The notes under the pieces were generated by a model. The model worked only from the letters and a program-made list of their open reading frames with translations. It was not told the DNA's origin and did no database searches. Shown here piece by piece: positions 51,468 through 64,000 of a stretch of 64,000 nt of DNA. The stretch is from Squalus acanthias (Eukaryota): contig CM059432.1 of assembly GCA_030390025.1 (NCBI GenBank), positions 131,008,001 to 131,072,000 of the forward strand, in the 5' to 3' direction. Numbering within the stretch: position 1 is the first letter of the stretch; every line of letters begins with the position of its first letter. The translations under genes and the position numbers were made by a program.

Positions 51468-52198
51468 AGTCCACATCATTAATATATCAAAAAGGGCAGT
51501 GGTCCTAAGCCCGACCCCTGGGGAACACCACGGTATACTTCCCTCCAGTCTGAAAAAACAATCGTTCATCACTACTCTCTGCTTTGTTTCTTAGACAATT
51601 TTGTACCCATGGTGCGACTATGGGCTGAAGCAGATGGCAGCCATATCTGCCTAGTGTACATGAAAAGCTGGTCAATAAATGCCTAGAAGCAACTGGTCCA
51701 CTTCCAGCTAAAAAGGGAAAAGCTAAGAACTAACTGTCATGTCATTTTAACTTGTCTTTCATCCCACCTCCCTGAAACTGATGAGCTACTCCAGTCTCTA
51801 CAGAAACTGACTCATACCAAGTTGGAAAGCCAATTGAAGCTGGGCTTTGAAATCAGAAACTGTGATCAGTTAGTAACATGATGCTGTACAAGGCAGTAAT
51901 CCAATCTCTGGTGCTTGTCTAAAGAGCTCACTGCTGTAGTACCCGAGCATATAAAAGATTAACATCTGAAGTCTCTGGAATGGGCACACTTTAATTGTTT
52001 CCTCATCTCCTACTGCTTAAAAAATCCCATGGCCTTCAATTTTGCTAACAAGTATTATGAGGCATTTTATCAAATGCCTTTTGAAAGTCTATATACAGAT
52101 CAACAACACTACTCTCATCAACCATTACTTCATTGAAGAACTCGATCAAGTTTGTCAGACACGATTTGCCATCAACAAATCCATGCTGGTTATTTATT

Positions 52199-52328
52199 TA
52201 CTTCACCTGAGGAAGGAGCGATAGCTCCGAAAGCTTGTGATTTCAAATAAAACTGTTGGACTATAACCTGGTGTTGTGCGACCTCTCAATTTTGTCCACC
52301 CCAGTCCAACACCGGCATCTCCGCATCA
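52199..52328 (+). mobile_element. ~130-bp hammerhead-bearing retroelement inserted in a CR1 relic
   Basis: 12-bp TSD tggttatttatt (52187, 52329); tcac CTGAGGA aggagc gata gctcc GAAA gctt gtga. Confidence 0.8.
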
Positions 52329-53710
52329 TGGTTATTTATTAACCCATGTTTTTCCAAGTGACTGAATTTTGTCCTAGATTATGGTCTCAAAGTTTCCCCA
52401 CCACCGATGTGGATTTAAGAGGTTTTTAAAATTACAAAGGGTTTTGATAGTGAATAGGGAAAGGCTATTTCTTCAGATTGGGGAGTCAGTAACAAGGATG
52501 TTCTCAATTTAAAATGGTCACAAAGAGCAAGGAGAGAGCTTAGAAGAAATGTCTTTATGCAGAGGGTTGATGGAACATGGAATGCCTTGCCTCAGAAATG
52601 ACAGAGAGCCCATTGCATTTTTTTTAAAGAGAAAATTGGATAAATATTTGAAGCAGGTGGTGATATAGGACTATGGGGAGAGAGTGGGGCAGGGAATTAA
52701 TTTTGGATTGCTTTTGCAGAGACAATGGGCTAAATGGCATCCTTCTGTGCTAAATCCATCTCTGGTTCTATTACACAAGTCAACGGGAGCACAGCAGGCC
52801 TGGGGTTTCTGTCTCAATTTCAGTACTGCTTATAAGCAGTAGTGGTACTGAAATACAGCAGGGCATTCTGTCCCAATATTTATGGAATACAATTGGTTTG
52901 AAAGGAAAATCCACTCCATTAAATTATGAATTGTGCCTCTGGGGTTATAAAAGTGGGCAGCTGCATATTTGCACTCCCCCTTATAGATTATGAACACATT
53001 ACATCATACTACTAGAAAAATGCTAAGCAAAACTGACATCTAAACATGTGCCTTGTACACTGGACTTGCTTTATCACGTGTGTATAGTTCATATTTTTCA
53101 ACAGCACCATCCAGAAATTAATAGGAATTTCATTGAAAGCAGGCAATCTTGCAGAAATTTACCAGTTTATTTTCATAAAATGTTAGCTCCAGATTTCAGT
53201 AAAGTACACATAGATCTTTTAACACTATTGTACCTGCTCAACTTTTAGAATTCTAAAGTCGTAGAAAATGAGAGAAACATAATCCCCTGCATAAATAGCC
53301 TGGATTGCACAAGCCTGAAAGATGGAATAATTTAGAATGCAGCACCTTTGGTTTGAGATAAGAGTTTAAATTCCAATCCAAGAGACAATTAAAATCTCAA
53401 CGCTGGCTTTCAAGGATACCCAGCTAAATACTTGAGAGTTTTAACCAAAATCCTAACAGACACAAGTCTCTTTTCCACAAAATGAATTTAAGACTAATTT
53501 GGAAGTCACAGGTTCATCAAACATTCAGATCAATCAGTGGTAGTGCATCAACTGCTTCAGTCGAATTAGATCCAAATCTTCAGGTGTGAAAAAGTGCATT
53601 ACGGATGAAAACACTTAAGCAAATATCACAAGCTTAATGGTGGCCAGCTCATTGAATAAATTGTACTTCACTAAGTATAATGGCTACTAAATTAATCTAG
53701 TCCTATGAAA

Positions 53711-53914
53711 GTGAGAAGTCGCATAACACCAGGTTATAGTCCAACAGTTTTATTTGAAATCACAAGCTTTCGGAGCTGCTGCTCCTTCGTCAGGTGACTT
53801 CACCTGACGAAGGAGCAGCGCTCCGAAAGCTTGTGATTTCAAATAAAACTGTTGGACTATAACCTGGTGTTGTGCGACTTCTCACTTTTGTCCAACACCG
53901 GCATCTCCGCATCA
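53711..53914. mobile_element. Palindromic double-hammerhead element of the same family
   Basis: 13-bp TSD tagtcctatgaaa (53698, 53915); near-perfect ~90-bp inverted arms centred near 53798. Confidence 0.85.
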
Positions 53915-54133
53915 TAGTCCTATGAAAACATTAATATCAGCACAGTCACTGACCAACCTATTGCTTTAGTATTCATATCTTTACAATTTTGTACATTAAT
54001 AGCTTCCTTGTGCTGTTGGAAACACATTGGTGCAGTTATATAACATTTACAGGATAGAGATCTCAAGTGATTGCCAGCATAATTGTGCATGTTGGTAGTT
54101 GTACATGCCTCACCCCTCCCTATCTCTAATCTC

Positions 54134-56863
54134 TTTTTTATTTGTTTATGGGATGTGGGTGTCGCTGGCAAGGCCAGCATTTATTGCCCATCCCTAATTG
54201 CCCTTGAGAAGGTGGTGGTGAGCTGGCTTCTTGAACCGCTGCAGTCTGTGTGGTGAAGGTACTCCCACAGTGCTGTTCGGGAGTTCCAGGATTTTGACCC
54301 AGTGATGATAAAGGATCAGCGTTATATTTCCAAGTCAGGATGGTGTGTGACTAGGAGGGGAACTTGGAGGTGGTGGTGTTCCCATGCACCTGCTGCCCTT
54401 GTCCTTCTAGGTGGTAGAGGTCGCGGGTTTGGGAGGTGCTGCCGAAGAAGCCTTGGCGAGTTGCTGCGTGCATCTTGTAGATGGTACACACTGCAGCCAC
54501 GGTATGCCAATGGTGGAGGGAGTGAATGTTTAAGGTGGTGGATGGGGTGCCAATCAAGTGGGCTGCTTTGTCCTGGATGATGTCGAGCTTCTTGAGTGTT
54601 GTTGGAGCTGCACTCATCCAGGCAAGTGAAGAGTATTCCATCACACTCCTTACTTGAGCCTTGTAGATGGTGGAAAGGCTTTGGAGAGTCAGGAGGTGAG
54701 ACACTCGCCGCAGAATACCTAGCCTCTGACCTGCTCTTGTTGCCACAGTATTTGTGTGGCTGGTCCAGTTAAGTTTCTGGTCAAAGGTGACCCCCAGGAA
54801 GTTGATGGTGGGGAATTCGCCGATGGTAATGCCGTTGAATGTCAAGGGGCGGTGGTTAGACGCTTGTTTGTTGGAGATAGTCATTGCCTGGCACTTCTGT
54901 GGTGCAAATGTTACCTACCACTTATCAGCCCAAGTCTGAACGTCGTCCAAGTCTTGTTGAATGCGGGCATGGACTGCTTCATTATCTGAGGAGTTGTGAA
55001 TAGTACTGAACACTGTGTAGTCATCAGCGAACATCCCCATTTCTGACCTTATGTTGGAGGGAAGGTCATTGATGAAGCAGCTGAAGATTGTTGGGCCTTG
55101 GACACTGCCCTGAGGAACTCCTGCAGCAATGTCCTGGGGCTGTGATGATTGACCTCCAACCACCACAACCATCTTCCTTTGTGCTAGGTATGACTCCAGC
55201 CCGTGGAGCGTTTTCCCCCAATTCCCATTGACTTCAGTTTTACTAGGGTGCCTTGATGCCACACTCGGTCAAATGCTGCCTTGATGTCAAGGGCAGTCAC
55301 TCTCACCTCACCTCTGGAATTCAGCTGCTTGGTCCATGTTTGGACCAAGGCTGTAATGAGGGCGGAACCCAAACTGGGATCACTAAGCAGGTTATCGGTG
55401 AATAAGTACCGCTTGATAGCACTGTTGATGACACCTTCCATCACTTTGCTGATGATTGAGAGTAGACTGATGGGGCGGTAATTGGTCAGATTGGATTTGT
55501 CCTGCTTTTTGTGGACAGGACATACTTGGGCAGTTTTCCACATTGTCGGATAGATGCCAGTGTTGTAGCTGTACTGGAACAGCTTGGCTAGAGGCGCGGC
55601 TAGTTCTGGAGGACAAGTCTTCAGCACAACAGCCGGGATGTTGTCGGGGCCCACAGCCTTTACTGTATCCAGTGCAATCAGCCGTTTCTTGATATCACGT
55701 GGAGTGAATCGAATTGGCTGAAGACTGACTTCTGTGATGGTGGGGACCTCAGGAGTAGGCAGATATGGATCATCCACTCGGCACTTCTGGCTGAAGATGG
55801 TTGCAAATGCCTTGTCTTTTGCACTCACGTGCTGGGCTCCACCATCACTGAGGATGGGGATATTCATGGAGCCTCCTCCTCCCTTTAGTTGTTTAATGGT
55901 CCACCACCATTCACGACTGGATGTGGCAGGACTGCAGAGCTTTGATCTGATCCATTGATTGTGGGATCGCTTAGCCCTGTCTACAGCATGCTGCTTCTGC
56001 TTTTTAGCATGCATGTAGTCCTGTGTTGCAGCTTCCCAATTTGGCACCTCATTTTTAGGTATGCCTGGTGCTGCTTCTGCTATGCTCATCTACACTCCTT
56101 ATTGAACCAGGGTTGGTCCCCTGGCTTGATGGTAATGGTAGAGTGAGGGATATGCCAGGCCATGAGGTTACAGATTGTGGTGGAATACAATTCTGCTGTT
56201 GCTGATGTCCCACAGTGCCTCATGGATGCCCAGTTTTGAGCTGCTAGATGTGTTCTGAATCTATCCCATTTCGCACGGTGGTAGTGCCACACAACACAAT
56301 GGAGGGTATCCTCAGTGTGAAGACGGGAGGTTTCCTTGCCTGTGCTTGACCTGAAACCATGAGACTTATTGTGGTTGGGATTCAATGTTAAAGACTTCCA
56401 GGGCTACTCCTTCCCGACTGTATACCACTGTGCCGCCACCCCTGGTGGGTCTGTCCTGCCCATGGGACAGGACATACCCAGGGATGGTGATGGAGGAGTT
56501 TGGGACATTGGCTGAAAGGTATGATTCTGTGAGTATGACTATGTCAGGCTGTTGCCTGACTAGTCTGTGGGACAGCTCTCCCAATTTTGGCACAAGTCTC
56601 CAGATGTTGGTGAGGAGGACTTTGCAGGGTCGACTGGGCTGGGTGTGTCGTTGCCATGGCCATAGCTGGTGCCGAGGTCGATGCCGGGTGGTCCGTCCGG
56701 TTTCATTGTTAATTTTTTTCATAGCGGTTGGTTACAACTGAGTGGCTTGCTCGGCCATTTCAGTCAACCACATTGCTGTGGGTCTGGAGTCACATATAGG
56801 CCAGACCAGGTAAGGATGGCAGATTTCCTTCCCTAAAAGGACATTAGTGAACCAGATGGGTTT
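54134..56863 (-). mobile_element. Single-ORF LINE (APE + RT; CR1/L2 group, clade not assigned), body and 3' end
   Basis: LLTNIWRLVPKLGEL...PDIVILTESYL; NYRPISLLSIISKVME; ALDIKAAFDRVWH; GVPQGSV.GPTIFSCFINDL; FADD; frameshifted. Confidence 0.9.
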
Positions 56864-59800
56864 AAAGCAGCGGCAGCAGCAGAAGGATAAAGGGCAGCCC
56901 TGAGCAGACCTGAATTAAAGCAGTGGCAGTGGCGAGAGGATAAAGAGCGGCCTTGGAACGGACCTGAATTAAAGCAGCAGCGAGAGGATAAAGAGCGTCC
57001 GAGAGCGGACCTGAATTAAAGCAGCGGCAGTGTGAGGCTCCGATTCAAAAACATCAAAGAATGACGTCACAGGAGAGTAGGTAGGTGATTGGTTGGTGAG
57101 TATTACCGTTCTTTTTAGCTCTCTATGTTCAGTAAGGGGGATAAATTAAGAGCGGAGAAACTAACTTGCTCGTACTTATTAAATGAATAACTTAAACTAA
57201 ATAAAATAAGATAATAAACCTAAAATATCGATTGAATAAAATCTTTAACTAATTAATAAATAAATAAAACAAGGTTAGAGATGACAGAGCAGGTGGTGTG
57301 TTTTAACTGCTGCATGTGGGAGTCTGGAGAGCATCACGATCCCGAGCAACCACGTCTGCAGTGTCTGCAACTCGAAGAACTTCGGCTCAGAATTGTTGAG
57401 CTGGAGTACGAGCTGCAGACATTGTGATGCATCAGGGAGGGGGAGAGTTACCTGGACACTTTGTTCCAGGAGGCAGTCACCCTTTAGATTAAGTAGTACT
57501 TTAGAATTTGTCAGGGACAGGAGGGTGTGACTGCGAGTCAATAAGGTATGGGGACCCAGGATGTAGTGATGGAGGAGCCTCAGCCCTGGACCTTGTCCAA
57601 CAGGTACGAGGTACTTTCTACCTGTATTGAGGAGGAAAAGGACTGCAGGGAAGTTGGGCAAACTGACCACAGCACTGTGGTACAGGGGGCCATCCAAGAG
57701 GTGGGGGGGGGGGGGGGGGGGAAGGAAGGAAGGAAGGAAGGAAGGAAGGAAGGAAGGAAGGAAGGAAGGAAGGAAGGAAGGAATGTGGTAGTAGTAGGGG
57801 ACAGTATAGTCAGGGGGATAGATACTGTTCTCTGCAGCCACGAAAGAGTCCTGAAGGCTGTGTTGCCTGCCCAGTGCCAGGGTTAAGGATATCTCCTCGC
57901 GGCTGGAGAAGAATTTGGAGTGGGAGGGGGAGGATCCAGTTGTCATGGCCCATGTAGGAACCAACGACATAGGTAGAACTAACAATGAGGTTCTGTTGAA
58001 AGAGTTTGAGGAACTAGGGTCTAAATTAATAAGCAGAACAAGGGTAATAATCTCTGGATTACTACCTGAGCCACGCACAAATTGGCATAGGGTCAAGCAG
58101 ATCAGAGAGTTAAATGCGTGGCTCAAAGAGTGGTGTGGGGAAAAAGGGGTTTCAATTCATGGGGCACTGGCACCAGTACTGGGGAAAGAGGGAGCTGTTC
58201 TGTCAGGACAGTCTCCACTTAAACCGGGGTGGGACCAGCGTCCTGGCGAATCGAATAACTAGAGCTGTAGATCGGGCTTTAAACTAAAAAAAGGGGGGTG
58301 GGGGAAGGTGGAATTTAGAAATCTAGAGAGAAAGTTCAGGGCAATAGAGCAGTGCAGTGATTTGGGTAAAAATAAGCAGAGTGTGACAGGAAGGGACAGA
58401 GTTTAATGGTAGAAGTGCAGCAGAGAATAAGGTCAAAGCAGGGAATAATGGTAAAAAATTTAAATTAAAGGCACTTTATCTGAATGCACGAAGCATTCAT
58501 AAGATAGACGAACTAGTGGCACAGAGATAAATGGGTTTGATCTAATAGCCATTACAGAGACATGGTTGCAAGGTGGCCAAGGTTGGGAACTAAATGTTCC
58601 AGGGTACTTGACGTTTCAAAAAGACAGGCAGAATGGAAAAGGAGGGGGAGTAGCTCTGATAATAAAGGATGACATAAGGACAGTAGCGAGAAAGGATCTC
58701 GGCTCGGAAGATCAGGAAGTAGAATCAGTATGGGTGGAGATAAGGAATAACAAGGGGCAGAAAACACTGGTAGTAGTATATAGGCCCCCTAACAGTAGCT
58801 GTACCGTTGGACAGAATATTAATCAAGAAATAGTAGGAGCATGCAACAAAGGTAATGCAATAATCTTGGGGGACTTTAATCTTCATATAGACTGGACAAA
58901 TCAAATTGGCAAAGGTAGTCTGGAGGACAAGTTCATGGAATGCATTCAGGACAGTTTCCTAGAACAGGCTATTTTAAATCTTGTACTGTGTGTAATGAGA
59001 CAGGGTTAATTAGCAATCTCATAGTAAAGGATCGCTGGGGCAGAGTGATCATAATATGATAAAATTACATGTTAATTCTAAGAGTGACTTGCCTAAGTCC
59101 AAAACTAGAGTCTTAAACTTAAATAAAAGCAGTTACAGAGGTATGAGGGGCGAGTTGGCTAAGGTAGATTGGAAAAATACATTAAAATGTATGGCGGTAG
59201 ATAAGCAGTGGCTAGCATTTAAAGAAATATTTCATAATTCTCAACAAAAATACATTCCATTGAGAAACAAAAACTCCACAGGAAAAGTGATCCAACTGTG
59301 GCTAACTAAAGAAGTTAAGGATAGCATTAGATTGAAAGAAGCTTATAATGTTGCAAAGAATAATAGTAAGCCTGAAGATTGGGAGAGTTTCAGACACCAG
59401 CAAAGGTTGACCAAAAAATTGATAAAAAGGGAAAAAATAGAATGAGAGAAAACTAGCAAGAAATATAAAAGCAGATTGCAAGAGCTTCTACAAGTATGTA
59501 AAAAGGAAGAGAGTAGCAAAAGTAAATGTTGGTCCCTTAGAGGCCGAGACAGGAGAAATTATTATGGGGAATAAGGAAATGGCTGAAATGTTAAACAAAT
59601 ATTTTTTATCTGTCTTCACAGTAGAAAACACAAAAAGCATACCAAAAATGGTGGGGAACCAAGGGTCGAATGAGGGTGAGGAACTTAACATAATTAATAT
59701 AAGTAGAGAAAAAGTACTAGAGAAACTAATGGGACTAAAAGCCGACAAATCCCCATGACCTGACAGCCTACATCCTAGGGTTCTAAAAGAGGTGGCTGAA

Positions 59801-61310
59801 GAGATGGTGAATGTATTGGTTTTGATCTTCCAAAATTCCCTAGATGCTAGAATGGTCCCACCAGATTGGAAGGTCGCAAATGTAACACCGCTATTCAAGA
59901 AAGGAGGGAGAGAAAAAACAGGGAACTACAGGCCAGTTAGCCTGACATCAGTTGTCAGGAAAATGCTGGAATCCATTGTTAAGGAAGTGGCATCAGGGCA
60001 CTTAGAAAATAATAACATGATTAGGCAGAGTCAACATGGTTTTATGGAAGGGAAATCATGTTTGACAAATTTATTAGTTTTTTGAGGATGTAACTAGCAG
60101 GGTAGATAAAGGGGAACCAGTGGATGTAGTATATTTGGATTTCTAAAAGGCATTCGATAAGGTGCCACATAAAAGATTATTACACAAGATTAGGGCTCAC
60201 GGGGTTGGGGGTAATATAGTACCATGGATAGAGGATTGGTTACCGGACAGAAAACAGAGAGTAGGGATAAACGGATCTTTTTCCAGGTTGGCAGGCTGTA
60301 ACTATTGGGGTGCCGCAAGGATCAGTGTTGGGGCCTCAGTTATTTACAATCTATATTAATGACCTAGATGAAGGGACCGAGTGTAATATATCCAAGTTTG
60401 CTGATAATACAAAGCTAGGTGGGACAGTAAGCTGTGAGGAGAACACAAAGAGTCTGCAAAGGGATATAGATAGACTAAGTGAGTGGGCAGTAAGGTGGCA
60501 GATACAGTATAATGTAGGGAAATGTGAGGTTATTCACTTTGGTAAGAATAGAAAAACACTACTTTTTAAAATGGTGAGAAACTTTTAAAAGTTGGTGTTC
60601 AGAGAGATTTGGCTGTCCTTGTGCAAGAAACACAGAAAGCTAGCATGCAGGTACAGCAATAAGGAAGGCAAATGGCATGTTGACCTTTATTGCAAGGGGG
60701 TTGGAGTATAAGAGTAAGGAAGTCTTGCTACAATTGTACAGGGCCTTGGTGAGACCACACCTGAAGTAACTGTGCACAGTTTTGGTCTCCTTATCCAAGG
60801 AAGGATATACTTGCCTTGGAGGCGGTGCAACGAAGGTTCACTAGATTGATTCCTGGGATGAGGGGGCTGTCTTATAATGAGAGATTGTGTAGAATGGGCC
60901 TATACTCTCTGGAGTTTAGAAGAATGAGAGGTGATCTTATTGGAACATACAAGATTCTGAAGGGGATTGACAGGGTAGATGCGGAGAGGTTGTTTCCCCT
61001 GGCTGGAGTGTCTAGAACAAGGGGGCAGTCTCAGGATAAGGGATAGGCCATTTAAGACTGAGATGAGGAGGAATTTCTTCACTGAGGGTTGTGAACCTTT
61101 GGAATTCTCTGCCCCAGAGGGCTGTGAATGCTGAGTCTTTGAGTATATTCAAGGCTGAGATAGATAGATTTTTGGACTCTAGGGGAAATCAAGGGATATG
61201 GAGATCGGGCAGGAAAGTGGAGTTGAGGTCGATGATCAGCCATGATCTTATTAAATGGCGGAGCAGGCTCGAGGGGCCGTATGGCCTACTCCTGCTCTTA
61301 TTTCTTATGT
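56864..61310 (+). mobile_element. Full-length but degenerate CR1 LINE (5' UTR, esterase-type ORF1 from 57281, APE-RT ORF2, 3' tail)
   Basis: ORF1 CFNCCMW, VVVVGDSIVRG, HVGTND; ORF2 DRQNGKGGGVAL, VYRPP, ILGDFN, NYRPVSLTS, PQGSVLGP, VQRRFTRLIPGM; tail cctactcctgctcttatttcttatg. Confidence 0.93.
57703..57784. repeat. Poly-G run followed by (GGAA)n microsatellite inside CR1 ORF1
   Basis: Directly visible. Confidence 0.95.
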
Positions 61311-61490
61311 TTTTACAACAATCCAATACTTTCATGGTTACCATTACTGATACTAGCTTTTTATTCCAGATTTATTTAATTAACTGATTTTAAATTCCCC
61401 AGCTGCTGTGGTGGGATTTGAACTCGCATCTCTGGATCATTAGTCCAGGCCTCTGGATTACTAGCCCAGTGACATTACCACTATGCTACC
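61311..61490 (-). mobile_element. tRNA-like 5' head of the LINE at 54134-56863
   Basis: Minus strand GGTAGCATAGTGGTAA (A box) ... GAGTTCAAATCCC (B box); adjoins the host sequence interrupted at 56863. Confidence 0.75.
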
Positions 61491-61492
61491 AT

Positions 61493-61785
61493 TCCTCCAG
61501 CCCTACAACCCTCATATCTGTGTTCTCTTGAGCAGCCCTGATTTTAGTCATTCCACATTGGCTGCCATGCCTTCAGCTGCCAAGGCCCCAAGCTCTGGAA
61601 TTACCTCTCAGTCTCTCTCCTTCTTTAAGACGCTCCTTAAAACCTACCTCTTTGACCAAGCTTTTGGTCATCTGCCCTAATATCTCCTTATGTGGCTCGG
61701 TGTCAAATTTTGTGATAACGCTCCTCTGAAGCGCCTTGGGACTTTTACTGTATTAAAGGCGCCATATAAATAAAAGTTGTTGTTC
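61493..61785 (+). mobile_element. L2 3' fragment (its left part is at 54104-54133)
   Basis: cctccagccctacaacc...aagacgctccttaaaacctacctctttgaccaag; collinear with 29128-29495. Confidence 0.82.
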
Positions 61786-62745
61786 TTTGGGGTAGTGTAA
61801 AATGAAGACAAACATTTAATTTTAGATATTTATTAGACTTCATTAAGTTTACAGAAATGTTTTGAAACAGAGTGTAGATGTCAACTCTCTTGATAAATAA
61901 TCTGCTGTTGACAACACTGGCACAATTTTTTTTCTATCCGCTTTAACTGTTCTACCTCTTTATGTTGGTCGTTCACGGGGTCTTGTGACGATGTTCCACC
62001 ACAGCGGAGGAAGGTCACCCTCCTTACGAGCTGGGGGCAGAGCCTCACTCTTGGGATTATCAGTCACTTCCTCCTGCAGCTGCTTCACCTACAGAGCGGA
62101 AGAAAACAAAATGTTACCCCATAGATACCCTTCCATTTCTCGAATGCCACCTTCTACAATGATAACAAGATCAAGTAATTCCACATTGCAGTTTTAACTG
62201 GCGCGCCTACAATAATAATTTTTGATTTCCATACACAGAAGTAAGTAGAGTTCATACATAGTTTGGATTAAATTTAGAACCCTAGACCCATTGTTGAAAT
62301 CATGATTTGATTTTCAGCATTTGTGTGTTGTCTACGGACAGATGGTAGCCACACTTTTGCTAAAAAGCAGGTCAACAATGTGTAAATGAATTTTTACTAC
62401 AAACTCTTAAAAGATTAAACACACAACTGATCCATCTGCCTATCAAATCACCTGCTTTAGTGTGACAAGGGTTGAGAATTATTACAACACTAACTTTTGA
62501 AGATTTGAGTTTTCAGTGTTTATATCAGTGTTAAACATCCCCATCAGGACATGCAATGGAATACCAACAAACAGTGCCATGGAGGTGAGATACACACTTC
62601 TTTACCTGCTAAGTTTCTGATCACTCATGCAGTGAAGGGAGGCAAGAGGTAGGTGTCGCCCCCCTCCCAAAAAGAAAGGGGAAAGATATCAAAGAGGAGG
62701 CTGCTCTATTGTGTTTAATGGTTACATAGAATTATGTATATTATA

Positions 62746-63100
62746 CGGTGTCAGCTGTGACTCAGTGGGTAGCACTCTCCCCTCAGTCTGAAAGTACAAA
62801 ATCTAGGCCGACACCTAGGAGGTGCCATCTTTCGGATGAGAAGTTAAACCAAGGGCTAGTCTGCCCTCTGTAAAAGATCCCATGGCACTATTTCGAAGTG
62901 GCCAATATTTATCCCTCAACCAACATCACTAAAACAACAGATTATCTGGTCATTATCAATTTGTGTGCAAATTGGCTGCTCCGTTTCCTACATTACAACA
63001 GTGACTACTCTTCAAAAGAGTACTTCATTGGCTGTAAAGCACCTATGGACACCCGGAGGTCGTGAAAGACGCTTACAAATGAAAGTCTGCCTTTCTTTTA
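62746..63100 (+). mobile_element. tRNA-derived SINE, internally deleted
   Basis: gtgtcagctgtgactcagtgggtagcactctc...tacttcattggctgtaaagc. Confidence 0.8.
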
Positions 63101-63530
63101 TATAGAAATTACATGGAAAAAGGCTGTTTGGCCCAACCAGTCCATGTGGTATTTATCTTTCGCGTGGACAGTCGTCCTAACTTCGTGTGCCTCTACTGTT
63201 CCATATCGCTTTTCTTTCAAACACCAATCTAGCCTATTCTCAAATGTTAATGTGGTCTCTGCTGCAATCACCAACTCCAGTCATGCATTTCCGAGCCTCA
63301 CAACCCACTGTGTAAAAGAAAAAGCTTGTCCAGCTCGCTGTCCTAAATCGCTTTCATTTAATCTTGCATCTATGTCCTTTCATTCTAGCTCCCACAATCA
63401 CTAGAAACAGTCTATTTCCATCTACTCTATTCCTCCCAATTATAATTTTAGACGCCTATATCAAATCACCCTGCATTCTCTTCTGTTCTAATGAAAACAG
63501 TCCCAATTTATCAAGCGTTTCTTCATATTT
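63101..63530 (-). mobile_element. Old CR1 3' fragment
   Basis: aaaaggctgtttggcccaaccagtccatg; ttcttctgttctaatgaaaacagtcc. Confidence 0.7.
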
Positions 63531-64000
63531 GTTGGCCAAGGGTAGAGATGAGGCAGGCGATGGTGTGGAGAAAGGAGCTCACTCCACTAACCTGCAAGAG
63601 GAGAAATCTAGGTGGAAAGGAGGATATCGGTCCTCAATAAGCAACCAGATTATGGTAGCAGAGTCCATACAACTGTGACATAGCAGTAAAAGTTGGTCTC
63701 TATTCATCTGCTCTGTGATCAGAGTAGTTAAAAGAACTGCAATTTCTACTGATCAAAAGGCGTCACCTCACCAAAACTCTGGTAATTTTATACAGGAGGT
63801 AAGTCAGGAATAATAGAATGTTACAGCACAAAGTCTCTGCCACTGTTTTTCCTCCACAAGCCACCTCTTCTAATCCAACTCTGCTCGCTCTTCATACTCT
63901 TTAATATTCCTCTTTTTCAATCAACTCACTAATTCCCTTTTAAAAGAACTTATGAAATTCTTCTTTAGTGGTCTGTGATGGAGAATACCACCTCCTAACC

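Noticed and set aside
53708..53888. Long hairpin as a pre-miRNA
   Set aside because: A TSD, a second family copy and hammerhead cores identify it as a mobile element.
56864..57030. CRISPR-like repeat array
   Set aside because: Eukaryotic context, degenerate tandem units without unique spacers, and located at a CR1 5' end.
57275..58126. 283-aa minus-strand ORF with LPSF repeats
   Set aside because: Antisense shadow of CR1 ORF1 plus the (GGAA)n microsatellite.

Overview
Vertebrate genomic DNA, most likely a cartilaginous fish (inferred from the repeat repertoire and the divergence of the protein from mammals). The window holds the 3' part of an MTSS1 (MIM, I-BAR/IMD plus WH2) gene on the + strand. 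I mapped 11 coding exons with GT-AG boundaries, from 561 to the stop at 46458. These include a 12-nt micro-exon (17949-17960) missed by the ORF track and two phase-0 cassette exons, followed by a ~2.7 kb 3' UTR. As written, the last exon has a 1-nt frame break that disconnects the WH2 motif. Introns and the downstream region are dense in mobile DNA: CR1 LINEs (one full-length), L2 fragments, tRNA-derived SINEs, a PIF/Harbinger element and its MITEs, pogo/Tigger-like MITEs, and a Penelope-like element. Small elements carrying minimal hammerhead ribozymes are present, one as a double-hammerhead palindrome. One single-ORF LINE begins with a tRNA-like Pol III head. All calls are by eye, with no alignments or searches run, and repeat boundaries are approximate unless a TIR or TSD is quoted.
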